A stretch of DNA of 64,000 bases from an uncultured Gammaproteobacteria bacterium. Its GTDB lineage: Bacteria > Patescibacteriota > Patescibacteriia > Magasanikbacterales > GWA2-37-8. The notes beneath the pieces are model-generated. The model ran no database searches, had not been told where the DNA came from, and saw only the letters and a list, made by a program, of their open reading frames with translations. The stretch lies in contig CAZHYG010000001.1 of NCBI GenBank assembly GCA_964536615.1, positions 6,200 through 70,199 on the forward strand, read 5' to 3'. A program made the translations under genes and the position numbers. Shown piece by piece: positions 11,970 to 21,400 of the stretch; the stretch's first letter is position 1, and each line of letters begins with the position of its first letter.

Positions 11970-12123
11970 TGCGGTTGTGTCCAGGTCGCTGTAATTGCAA
12001 AGATTAGATGTGTATATAATTTTTGCAATAGCGATCTGGGTAAATATAAACACCTTGGCTAAAATAGCCAAGGTGTTTTAGCGTGTGTTGAAAATGTGAT
12101 ATAATATATATGGAGGTAGCGGT

Positions 12124-12321
12124 ATGCCCGAAGCAAACCAAGAGTATTTGCGGCAGTGCGCGCAAGCCATGTCCGGTGAAGATCTGCTTGCTGCATTTGA
12201 ACGCGAGCTCACACAAGACATCTTCTACAGGGATGGTGGAGAAGATTCTTTGCAGTTGCAATGCTTGCGTGAGGAGTTGTTGAGGCGACTGAAACCTGAA
12301 GGAGAGAGAGGGCGAAGATAG
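12124..12321 (+). CDS. Small hypothetical protein, SD-led class
   Basis: TGnTATAAT extended -10 and GGAGGT SD upstream; 65 aa. Confidence 0.65.
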   Translation: MPEANQEYLRQCAQAMSGEDLLAAFERELTQDIFYRDGGEDSLQLQCLREELLRRLKPEGERGRR

Positions 12322-12442
12322 TGCCGCTAAACATTTGCGCGCACAGAGACTCTTCGCCGTTGTTGTTTAATAGCAAAAATTATTATTAATCATAGAATAA
12401 TTAAATACATTTAGTTATTCTAAATATCGTATTGTATATAAT

Positions 12443-12958
12443 ATGAAAAAAATAGCGTCTGGTTTATTAGTTGGAGCTGTGGTATTGTCTGCCGTTCCGT
12501 TTTTGGTAAAAACCGTATCTGCTAACGATGATGCCAGTTCGGTTTCTGCAAGTTCTTCCACTCAAGATGTGTTGGAGCAAAAAAAACAAGAAATGGAACA
12601 GTTGCGTGAAGCTCAGAAGCAAGAAATGGAACAGAAACGTGAAGAGATGAAACAAGCTCTTGAGCTTAAAAAACAAGAATTAGAAAAAGCGCGTGAAGCA
12701 AAGAAGCAGGAAATGGCACAGAAGCGCGAAGAGATAAAAAAGAAAGAAGAAGCACGCAAAGCTAGAAATGCCGCCTATCGTGCCGCAGTTAAAAAAGCTC
12801 AAGCAGACCACAGGGCTGCGATTGTCGCTGCTAACAAAGCATATCAAGAAGCGTTAAAAGAAGCTAAAAAGTTGCTCTCCGCACCGCTTGTAATAGAAGT
12901 GCCGACATCAACTATGCCAGCCACCAGCACAACTTCAGCATCTTCCACTGCTATCTAG
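12443..12958 (+). CDS. Secreted coiled-coil protein
   Basis: Signal peptide (VSA-ND), repeated KQEMEQ.REE heptads, S/T-rich tail. Confidence 0.8.
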   Translation: MKKIASGLLVGAVVLSAVPFLVKTVSANDDASSVSASSSTQDVLEQKKQEMEQLREAQKQEMEQKREEMKQALELKKQELEKAREAKKQEMAQKREEIKKKEEARKARNAAYRAAVKKAQADHRAAIVAANKAYQEALKEAKKLLSAPLVIEVPTSTMPATSTTSASSTAI

Positions 12959-13015
12959 TTTTTAAAAAAATATCAAAAAACACCCCGTCAATATGATTGG
13001 GTGTTTTTTTGTAAT

Positions 13016-13112
13016 AAAAAAGATCCGGACAGTGCGTGGTAAGAGGAGAGGAAACGAAGGAGGGTACGTTTCCTCCTTATACCACACAATGTCCGGACCT
13101 AGTTGTTAATGA
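13016..13112 (-). ncRNA. Candidate hairpin sRNA with anti-SD loop
   Basis: TTGACA(13144-13139)-16-TAATAT promoter; about 35-bp imperfect stem; loop UACCCUCCUU; U-tract after stem. Confidence 0.55.
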
Positions 13113-13160
13113 AGATATATTACCGATTTTTTTATTTTTGTCAAGATATTCTGTTGTGGA

Positions 13161-13514
13161 TTATTTTTCTGATTTTACAGATTCAGCAATCTTAGCAAAA
13201 ATAGTTTCGTGATGTTGAGCAAGCTGGGAAAGAATTTTTCTATCAAGCTCGATATTGCTCTTTTTGAGGGCGTCTATAAAGCGGCTGTAGCTCATGCCAA
13301 ATTCTCTAACAGCAGCATTGATTTTTACGTTCCAAACGCCGCGGTTAAGGCGTTTTTTGATCTTGCGATCATTGAAAGCATATTGGCCAGCTTTCATTTT
13401 AGCAGGTTTTGCTAATTTGATTTTGGATTTTCTGCCCCAGCGGAAACCTTTTGTATGTTTGAGAATGCCGCGGCGGCGTTTTGCGTGGAGTAAACCACCT
13501 TTGATACGTGTCAT
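13161..13514 (-). CDS. rplT: 50S ribosomal protein L20
   Basis: MTRIKGG...RINAA-like (KINAAVR), MSYSRFI, IELDRKILS. Confidence 0.97.
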   Translation of the reverse strand: MTRIKGGLLHAKRRRGILKHTKGFRWGRKSKIKLAKPAKMKAGQYAFNDRKIKKRLNRGVWNVKINAAVREFGMSYSRFIDALKKSNIELDRKILSQLAQHHETIFAKIAESVKSEK

Positions 13515-13539
13515 AACGTTTTGGTGTTAGTAAGTATTA

Positions 13540-13737
13540 TTAAGCATTTGGTAAGTTGGTTGCCATGACGCGGTTGAGGGTGGTGCTGGCAATAACATCT
13601 GATTTTTTGTTGCGGCCGGTGTTGCCGTTTTCTCGTGCGTTGAAATGGTTTTGGCCAGCAGTGCGTTTAACAATTTTTCCTTTGCTGGTTAATTTATATC
13701 TTTTAGCCGTTGCTTTGTGAGTTTTTAATTTAGGCAT
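13540..13737 (-). CDS. rpmI: 50S ribosomal protein L35
   Basis: MPKLKTHKATAKR; lies between infC and rplT. Confidence 0.97.
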   Translation of the reverse strand: MPKLKTHKATAKRYKLTSKGKIVKRTAGQNHFNARENGNTGRNKKSDVIASTTLNRVMATNLPNA

Positions 13738-13766
13738 ATTGTTATAAACAATTATTATATTTAAAA

Positions 13767-14312
13767 TTATTTTTTGGCGATGATCGCGCTCACTTTATTC
13801 ATTTGAAATTCAATATCTTGATCTTTGCGTACCGGTAGGGAAGCATTGACGTTAGATACAAATTTTTCAATAACAGAGGCGGCCATTGGTTTTTGTTGCA
13901 TTTCTCGGCCTTTTAAAATGATTTCTGCTTTTACCTTATCGCCATCGTTTAAAAATTGAATTGTTTGATTTTGCCTGATTTCCATATCGTGCGGAGAAAT
14001 TCGGAGGGAAAGACGAACGCATTTAACTTCTGTTACATGCGCATGAGCTTGTTTTAAACGCTCTTCTTTTTCTTGTTGGTATTTAAATTGTCCAAAGTCC
14101 ATGATTTTTGCCACTGGAGGATTGGATTTTGGGTTGATAAGAACTAGGTCCAACTCCTGTTCTTTGGCCAATGTCATGCCTTTAGCCGGTGGCATAACAC
14201 CCAAATTTGAACCATCGCTATCAAGAACCATAACTTCAGGAACTGTGATGCCGAGGTTAAAAAAATAAGTTCGTTTCGGTTCTGGTTTATGTTTTTTATG
14301 TGAAATACGCAT
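13767..14312 (-). CDS. infC: Translation initiation factor IF-3
   Basis: LDLVLI...PPVAKIMDFGQFKY, FLNDGDKVK, GRE; start set at MRISH because the longer ORF overlaps tmRNA. Confidence 0.95.
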   Translation of the reverse strand: MRISHKKHKPEPKRTYFFNLGITVPEVMVLDSDGSNLGVMPPAKGMTLAKEQELDLVLINPKSNPPVAKIMDFGQFKYQQEKEERLKQAHAHVTEVKCVRLSLRISPHDMEIRQNQTIQFLNDGDKVKAEIILKGREMQQKPMAASVIEKFVSNVNASLPVRKDQDIEFQMNKVSAIIAKK

Positions 14313-14354
14313 AAATAATATTTGTGCCACATGATGCCGTACAAGGCATTTCTG

Positions 14355-14772
14355 TGGAGGTGGCGAGAGTTGAACTCGCGTGTAGATAACTATGACTAAA
14401 CCGTCTACATACTTAGTGTCTCTTGGTGTGTCCTGGGCCAATAAAAGAGGACGAAAATTGGCTCAGCGAGCCGAGGAGACTTCACGATGCGATAATCGGC
14501 ATTACCGCCTCGCTACACTCAATGAATAACACCGTGGTTCGGTTATTGAGCATTGCCGATACGATGTCTCAAATCACGAAGGATCTGAGATAACCAGCAT
14601 GGTTCTTAGGCCATTACTGGAGCAAAGTTGGTGCTGAAAGCGTTAGCTACAGCAGACTTTACTTTTGATAACAAGTTTGCACTTATTATGTTGCTCCGTG
14701 TGATTTACGAGGAAAAGAGCTTCCTCGGTATGCAAGTGTAGCCAGAAGCTCCTATCGAAGCCCGGCACCCCC
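14355..14772 (-). ncRNA. ssrA: tmRNA; tag ANLLSKVKSAVANAFSTNFAPVMA
   Basis: 5' GGGGGTG pairs with 3' CACCTCC-A including G3-U wobble; T-arm gcgagTTCAActcgc-like; tag ORF 14680-14606; next to smpB. Confidence 0.93.
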
Positions 14773-14779
14773 GTGACCA

Positions 14780-15220
14780 TTAGTTTTTCATTGCTCTACC
14801 TAGCTCTCGTTTAAGCTCTCGTTTTTTGACAGACTCTCGTTTGTCGTAGAGCTTTTTTCCGCGAGCGATAGCCAGTTCAACTTTCACTAATCGTCCCTTA
14901 GTATACACATGCAAAGGCATAATTGTCAAGCCCTTTTCTTTGGATTTTTCCTGTAAATAAGCGATTTGTTTTTTATGGAGGAGAATTTCTCGTGATCTGG
15001 TGGGGTCGTAGTTTGGTAGGGGACCCGCCGCCTTATACTTGTTGATGTGCATGTTGAGTATATAAGCCCTGTTGTTATGAAAGGTAACATATGACCCTTT
15101 TAGGTTAATTTGGCCTGTTTTTGCCGACTTTACCTCTTGGCCAGTCAACACCAAACCAGCCTCCATTTTTTCAAGGATCTCAAATTCAAAAAATGCTTTT
15201 TTATTTTCCGCAAGGCTCAT
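14780..15220 (-). CDS. smpB: SsrA-binding protein
   Basis: NKKAFF, EAGLVLTGQEVKS, ARGKKLYDKR. Confidence 0.97.
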   Translation of the reverse strand: MSLAENKKAFFEFEILEKMEAGLVLTGQEVKSAKTGQINLKGSYVTFHNNRAYILNMHINKYKAAGPLPNYDPTRSREILLHKKQIAYLQEKSKEKGLTIMPLHVYTKGRLVKVELAIARGKKLYDKRESVKKRELKRELGRAMKN

Positions 15221-15320
15221 ATTTATTTTTAATATTAGCAGAAAAATTGATTATTGACAAACAGGCAGGTGTTTTAAGGATAGTTTGCTTTTTCTTATTT
15301 TTTAGGATAAAATAAGAAAA

Positions 15321-16130
15321 ATGTATTCAAAAATAGATATGTTAAAATCTATCTCATTTCATCCCAAGCTGGCGGCCGTAATTGATGTTTTGGTAAATGT
15401 GGCCATGCTGTTTGTGTTTGGCAAGTTAAGTTCCTGGTGGATGGTTTGGGTATGGCTTGGTATACGAGTAGCCATCTGGGCTTTGCTGCTCTGGTCTGTA
15501 TATTATGCAAAAGAGATGAGTCGTGTTAAGCATCTTATTTCTTTAAGCGCTATGCTGGCTGGTATAACGCTTTTTCTATTATTTATAGAGTGGAGATTTG
15601 CCTGGTATGCCTCCGCAGCTCTTTTTTCCTTTTTTTCCTTTTTTAGTTTTTGGCTGCTGCCAGCCTCCGATCTTGGCTTGTCAGTATTTGTCAAACCGCA
15701 TTTGCGCTGGCGTTTTGTAATGTCAATTATTGGTCTGGCTGGAATTTTTCAAGGCATTCAAGCTATCATTTTATTGCAAATTTTACCCAACATTCATCAG
15801 TTAGTATGGTTATCTGTGTCGTCGCTTTGCGCGGCGTTGTTTGCAGGATGGTGGTGGTGGGAGTATAATCCGATGGTTGGTAAAAAAATATGGCTTTCCG
15901 TAGCACTGTGGTTTGTGTTAATATCGGAGTTAGTATGGGTGATAAATTTATTGCCGCTTGGTTATCTGACTGGAAGTTTGGCGCTGGTATGGGTTTGGTA
16001 TGTGCTCTGGCTTTTGTTTAGATTTAATCTTACTCCGGAAGGAGTTCATTGGAGAAAGCAAATTGTATTTTTAAGCAGTAACGCATTTTTATTTATATTA
16101 TTTTTATTTTTTATTTCGTTGTGGAAATAA
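15321..16130 (+). CDS. Polytopic membrane protein, unknown function
   Basis: About 9-10 hydrophobic helices, Trp-rich. Confidence 0.8.
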   Translation: MYSKIDMLKSISFHPKLAAVIDVLVNVAMLFVFGKLSSWWMVWVWLGIRVAIWALLLWSVYYAKEMSRVKHLISLSAMLAGITLFLLFIEWRFAWYASAALFSFFSFFSFWLLPASDLGLSVFVKPHLRWRFVMSIIGLAGIFQGIQAIILLQILPNIHQLVWLSVSSLCAALFAGWWWWEYNPMVGKKIWLSVALWFVLISELVWVINLLPLGYLTGSLALVWVWYVLWLLFRFNLTPEGVHWRKQIVFLSSNAFLFILFLFFISLWK

Positions 16131-16144
16131 AATTTTAACACGCT

Positions 16145-17206
16145 ATGAATCCTCCTCATCTTCCTCCTAAAAATAATCCAGCCGAATACAATCGTATGTG
16201 GTGGCGTCTTAAATTATTATTTAGCATTACCGCTATCAGTTTGGTGGTGGGTGCCAGCGGCGCTTCCATTATGATTGGCTGGATTTGGCCTCGGTTTGCC
16301 GAAGGTGATACCTGGATTGCGTCGTATACGCTTCAGGGAATTTCTCGTTCGCAGCTAGAGCTTCGGGTGCGAACGGAGGTTGGGGAGCGTATTTTTGCCC
16401 TATATAAAGGTTCTGCTTCAGTGGGCGGCACTAATTATTTAAATAAAAAAATAGGGGACGGCATTATGTTGAGTTCGGATGGCTGGCTTGCTGTGTATCA
16501 GCCCCATTATGATGGTGTTTATAAAAATATTTTTGTAACAGGGCAGAACGGTAATGTGTATCAGGTGGAAAATGCGCTATGGGACAAGTACACTGGCATA
16601 TTGTATATAAAAATTCCTAATGAACAATTTAAGGTTTTTGGATTTGAGGAAGAAAATTATAATCCAGATGAAATTTTTGTGTGGCACAATGACAATTGGT
16701 ATAGGACGCAGGCCTTATACCCGGTGCTTGGATATAAAATGCCTCACATAGATACGGCGCCCGTTGCGGCATATTCGCTTGATGGTAATTTTGTTGCTGG
16801 AAATGCTGCTATCAACAGCCAGGGCAGGTTTGCTGGGTTTGTTTCGGAAAATAATACGCTTGTGCCAAGTTATTACATCACCAGATTTTTATCAAAAATT
16901 TTAAGCGGCCAGCCGGTAGCGTACCCATCTTTAGGAGTTGAAGGCTGGTTTAGCGAAGAACAGAATATTTTTGTGCCAGTAGATGGTGAAAATAAAGTTG
17001 GTAAAAAGATACAAGGCTTTTTGGTAACCGGTTCAGTGGCGGCCAACAGTTTCCGCAAGGGCGATATTCTTATTGAGGTCAATGGAAAAATTGTTACCCA
17101 TGATGATCTGTGGTATACTATTTCTGATAAAGAAAGCGTAAGCGTGAAAATTCTTCGTAACGGCAAAGAACAGATAGTAACTGCTAAAGTACAGCTTGTA
17201 AAATAA
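16145..17206 (+). CDS. Membrane-anchored HtrA/S1C-like protein with PDZ domain, probably catalytically inactive
   Basis: N-terminal TM, GIMLSSDGW, YPSLGV, RKGDILIEVNG, KILRNGK PDZ motifs; no TNxHV or GNSGG. Confidence 0.75.
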   Translation: MNPPHLPPKNNPAEYNRMWWRLKLLFSITAISLVVGASGASIMIGWIWPRFAEGDTWIASYTLQGISRSQLELRVRTEVGERIFALYKGSASVGGTNYLNKKIGDGIMLSSDGWLAVYQPHYDGVYKNIFVTGQNGNVYQVENALWDKYTGILYIKIPNEQFKVFGFEEENYNPDEIFVWHNDNWYRTQALYPVLGYKMPHIDTAPVAAYSLDGNFVAGNAAINSQGRFAGFVSENNTLVPSYYITRFLSKILSGQPVAYPSLGVEGWFSEEQNIFVPVDGENKVGKKIQGFLVTGSVAANSFRKGDILIEVNGKIVTHDDLWYTISDKESVSVKILRNGKEQIVTAKVQLVK

Positions 17207-17230
17207 TCTTTAGATTATTAAACTTTTGCG

Positions 17231-17843
17231 TATGTTACATGTGTTGCAAAAACATCTTGCATTGCTAATTGTGTGGGGTTTGGTTTTTAGTTTGCTATCA
17301 ACTGTTACCTCTGTTTTTTTTCCAAAACAATATAGCGCCACCAGTCAAGTTTTAATTATTTCTCGCGATAAAGGCGGCGCAGATCCGTATACCCAGGCTC
17401 GTTCAGCAGAAAAAATAGGCGCCAATTTAGCGCAAATAATCAATACAACCGATTTTTACAACAAAGTAATCTCGGGAGCTTCGGAGCCGTTTGATAAAAC
17501 ACCGTGGACCAGTCTTACAGACCGCCAGCGCCGTAAAAAATGGGCGAAAGATGTCCAGGCAAGCATGCTCTATGGCGTTAGTATTATGAATGTAAAAATT
17601 TATAGTTATAGCCAAGCCGAGGCTGTTCGTTTGTCCAAAGCTGTGGCGCAGACTATGGTTTCGCAAGGATGGGAATATTTGGGTGGAGATGTTGCCATTA
17701 AACTTATTAGCGAACCTCTCGTTTCTCGTTGGCCGGTACGGCCTAACTTAGCAGTAAATGCCGGAATTGGTTTCGCGGCCGGGTTTTTACTGTCTGCATT
17801 ATGGGTGTTGCGCTACAAAAAACATAGTTTATTTGGAAATTAA
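17231..17843 (+). CDS. Wzz/CapA-like chain-length determinant family protein
   Basis: Two terminal TMs, PKQYSATSQVLI, PVRPNLAVNAGIGFAAG. Confidence 0.8.
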
Positions 17844-17864
17844 TTATTTTAATTTTTACTGCAT

Positions 17865-18191
17865 ATGACACATCAATTTGATTTTTTAGAATCATTTATC
17901 CATAAAGTATTAGATGAGGCTGGTTTTGAAAATTTATCCGAAGAAACCAGGTCTCAGTTTGTGCCGATGTTTGTGGCTGAAGCTGAGCGTCGGCTGGGTA
18001 TGACGCTTTTACCATTGCTTTCTGAAAATCAAGCTAAGCAGCTCGTGGAACTCGCTGATCAAAACGGTTCTGCAGAAGAATTGGCTGCTTTTTGGCAAAC
18101 CAGTATTCCGGATTTTGAACAATTAGTCCAACAAACACTGTCTGCGTTCGCTCAAGAATTTAAAAAAACATTGGCCGGTATTGCCAAATAA
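17865..18191 (+). CDS. DUF5663-like small helical protein
   Basis: L...GFENLSEE....RLG..L...LS...IPDFEQLV pattern, recalled as typical of this CPR family. Confidence 0.65.
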   Translation: MTHQFDFLESFIHKVLDEAGFENLSEETRSQFVPMFVAEAERRLGMTLLPLLSENQAKQLVELADQNGSAEELAAFWQTSIPDFEQLVQQTLSAFAQEFKKTLAGIAK

Positions 18192-18197
18192 TTTTTT

Positions 18198-18407
18198 ATG
18201 GGAGGACTGTTTCCACAATCAGAGTTAGAAGATAGGCAAAAAAAAGCGCAACAAAAATTGCTTCAGCTTAAAGAAGCTTATAATAATTTTATTTATTTTT
18301 GGAACCAGATGGAGCAAGAAGAGAAGGCGTTACTTAAAGATGTACACGAGCATATAGATGAGGAAAAATTGAAATCAGTCTTAAAAAATATTGAACAACA
18401 TAACTAA
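18198..18407 (+). CDS. Small coiled-coil hypothetical protein
   Basis: 69 aa helical ORF tightly packed between neighbours. Confidence 0.7.
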   Translation: MGGLFPQSELEDRQKKAQQKLLQLKEAYNNFIYFWNQMEQEEKALLKDVHEHIDEEKLKSVLKNIEQHN

Positions 18408-18415
18408 ATAATTGT

Positions 18416-21400
18416 ATGCTTAGAGAGCGTGTTTCCAACTCTGACTTTAAAGGCGCAGAAATCGGTAAGTATAAAAAAGGCAAGCGAGTAGTCGTTAATA
18501 TTGAAGGTGAGTGGCAAGTGCGAGAACTGTTTGCGCCTGCGGCTGTTGAAAAAGGCAAGCTAAAATTGACTCTTGATAAAGGTGATGAAATTTTTGTCGA
18601 TTCTCCTCCGAGAATTGTAAAATTTTCCAAGTTAGACACTTTAACCGACGATCGAAAAGGCGGGGATTTTGTTGTTCATGGTGCATTCGCCACTCAGGAT
18701 GGTCGTTTGGAATATAATCTTACAACACCTGACGGCAAGATGTATAAGGGTATACCGGAAGAATTTTTGGATGTCTGGTCAAAAACTGTGGCTATGGAAG
18801 CTGAGGTTGAAGATTTAGAAAATAATATACAAGCATTAGGGGTAAAAGCACAGAAAGATTTACATGAAAAAATAAGCAAATTAAAAACTGCCTTGATGGG
18901 TACTTTTGAAAATTTACCCAAAGATTTTAAGGCAATGACAAAATCAGGAAAAAAAGATGTTGCTAGTGCAGTCAAAAAAATTAAATCTTTGCATGCCGAG
19001 GCCGCTCGGCATATTGATGATTTGAGATTAAAAATAGACGAAGCTAAAGTTAATGGTGCCGGTAAAAAATCAAAAATCGAGCACACAGAGACTGATACAG
19101 ACAAGCAAACTAGAAAAGCGCAGGAAGAAGGCTCTGCCGCGTTTAAAACAAAAAAAGCAAAATCAGTGAAAGAGTTCATGGGAAAACGGCTGGAACAGGA
19201 CAAAGAAGAAGCGTTGGCAGATAAAAAAAGATCTGTTCGCAATGAATACGAGAGTAAATTAAAAGAATGGGAAGATCAAAAAAGAGCCATGGCTCGTCCG
19301 GAACCAAAACAGCCAAATTATAAGGCTATTCAGCTTGACGCTGTTGAAGAAAACACTATTAGGCAAGATTACGATAAGCAACTTGCACTAATGCCTCAAA
19401 AAATGGAATACGAAAATGCTATGGATATTAATCGCCACCTCGAGGATGGTTTTAACAGTCGGCGTACGCAGAAGCTTGATGAAGCCCTTGATGCAAAAAG
19501 AAAAAACACTAAAGATCCTAAGGCTGCTTTGAGCAAGCGCGAAGTAGCGATGGTTGAGAAAGAATTGCGCACCACATTGATTGGAGAGGCGGTAGAAGAT
19601 TTTTCAGAATTGAGTGCTGCGTTAGAGCAAAAAAGAAAAGCAATGGCTGCAAAAGAAGCAGACCCGAAAGCTGCCGGGGTTGATCCAAATACAGGCGATT
19701 ATCTATCTACTCGGCAAGAAGAAATCAACGCTCGTTTGTACGATGCTTTTATAAAAGAAAGAATTAAGCAGTACGATGTTGCTCGAAAAGATTTAGAAAG
19801 AGAAGAAAAAGATGAAATTTTTAAAGCATTAGAAAATAAAAAAGAAGAAGCGTATAAAAAGTTTTTAGCAGACAGCGCCGAGTGGGATATAGAAAAAAGC
19901 AAGCTTAAGAAGCGGCCTGATGAGCCTGTGGAAAGCAGTGTTGTATTAACAAAAGACGAAGAAAAACAGGTGGCTGCAAAATCAAAATTTGAAACTATTA
20001 AATATTTGGTTGATCAAAATACAGACCTTAAGTTTAGTTTGGTTAAAAAAAGAATGGAGAAAGCAAAAACAGATCCAGATAAAGAAAATATCATTACATT
20101 ATCAAACGGTGAATCTGATTATAATGATGATAAAAAAGATGAAGTAAATGCCGAATTATTTGATGAGGTGTTGGCAGATTGGGAAAAAACCTATGAGTTT
20201 AAAGAGAAAGAACACGATGCCAATGCAGAAATTTTTGATTTTACAAATGAAATAAATAAAATAAATGCTGCTGCGCTGGACTGTGAACAGTCTATTCCGC
20301 AAACAAATGGAGTACCGGATAAGCCGTACCAGGGAGTGTATAAGGAGCTGTTAAAAAATAAAAAAGATTTTGCCAACACTCTGACAGCGTTAAGCGGTAT
20401 AGATGCTGCTAAAAAAGCAGGTTTCATTGGAGCGGCCGATGGGCAAGAAGAGTTGTATAAGGCGCGCGAGCGAGAGGCCGAAAAAATTAATAAAATTATA
20501 GATGGGCTTACTCAACAAATAGAAAAAATAAAAACCATTGAAAGCTTTGGCGAGAAATTCGAACAAACAGAAAAAATGACGCCAATAGATTTGCGGTCTT
20601 CTTTGGTGGAAAGAATTTTGAGTTTAAATGTTGATCAAGCCAAAAAAGCTATGAAAGCGTTGTATCGCGGTGATGCAACGGAAGAATTTAAACAACTAAT
20701 TGGCGATACGCCGCCGGCTGGAATTTCTGAAGTTGAGTTACGCAAGGCAGGCATCAAAGATTGGGCTGATTTTAAAGAATTGTGGGATGCAAGATTGGCC
20801 AAGGAGGTGGCGGTCAATATGGAAGAAATGGCTAAGCAAAGAATTTTACAAAAAGTGGCCGAAGCTATGGATAGCCTTAGTGGTGTTTGGGAAAAAATTA
20901 AAGCCATAAAAGGACAAATGACACTTCGGGCTGGCTTAAGTGCTCTGCTTGTGGGCGGATCGGCAATGACGGCTCGAACACTGCTGGGTAGTTTTTCTGA
21001 AGTGCTTCATAGTGCGGCGGTAATGGCAGGCGGCGCGGCAGGCGGCGCGGGAAAATGGTTGGTGGGCAGTAAGCTTTTTGGTAAAGACAGCGCCTGGGGA
21101 AAAGATGGCGCAAAAGCGATGCAAAAATTACAAGCCAAAACAGCAGATGATTTAGTTGATAGTATTGTGGACGAAGCTTTTGAATTTGCGTTTTCTCCGG
21201 TTCAGCCGCCAGTGCAAAAAGGATTTTTTAGAAAAATGTGGTCTTTTGTTTCTAAACCAAGCGAGCAGGAATTTACTAAAACGCAGCATAAAAAACACAT
21301 GCTTGACGGCATGCCAATGATGAGTTCGGTAATTGCCGGTACGATTAGAGATATAACCGGAGGCAGTCTTGAAGTAGAAACTGCTGAAGGCAAAGTTACC

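Noticed and set aside
8700-12400. Prophage remnant
   Set aside because: No phage hallmark genes; the ORFs are individually promoted and terminated and lie outside the att repeats.
12575-12750. Tandem nucleotide repeats
   Set aside because: Degenerate repeats explained by KQEMEQ coiled-coil coding.
14313-14441. N-terminal extension of IF-3 in the ORF track
   Set aside because: Overlaps the tmRNA 3' end; the true start is likely 14312.
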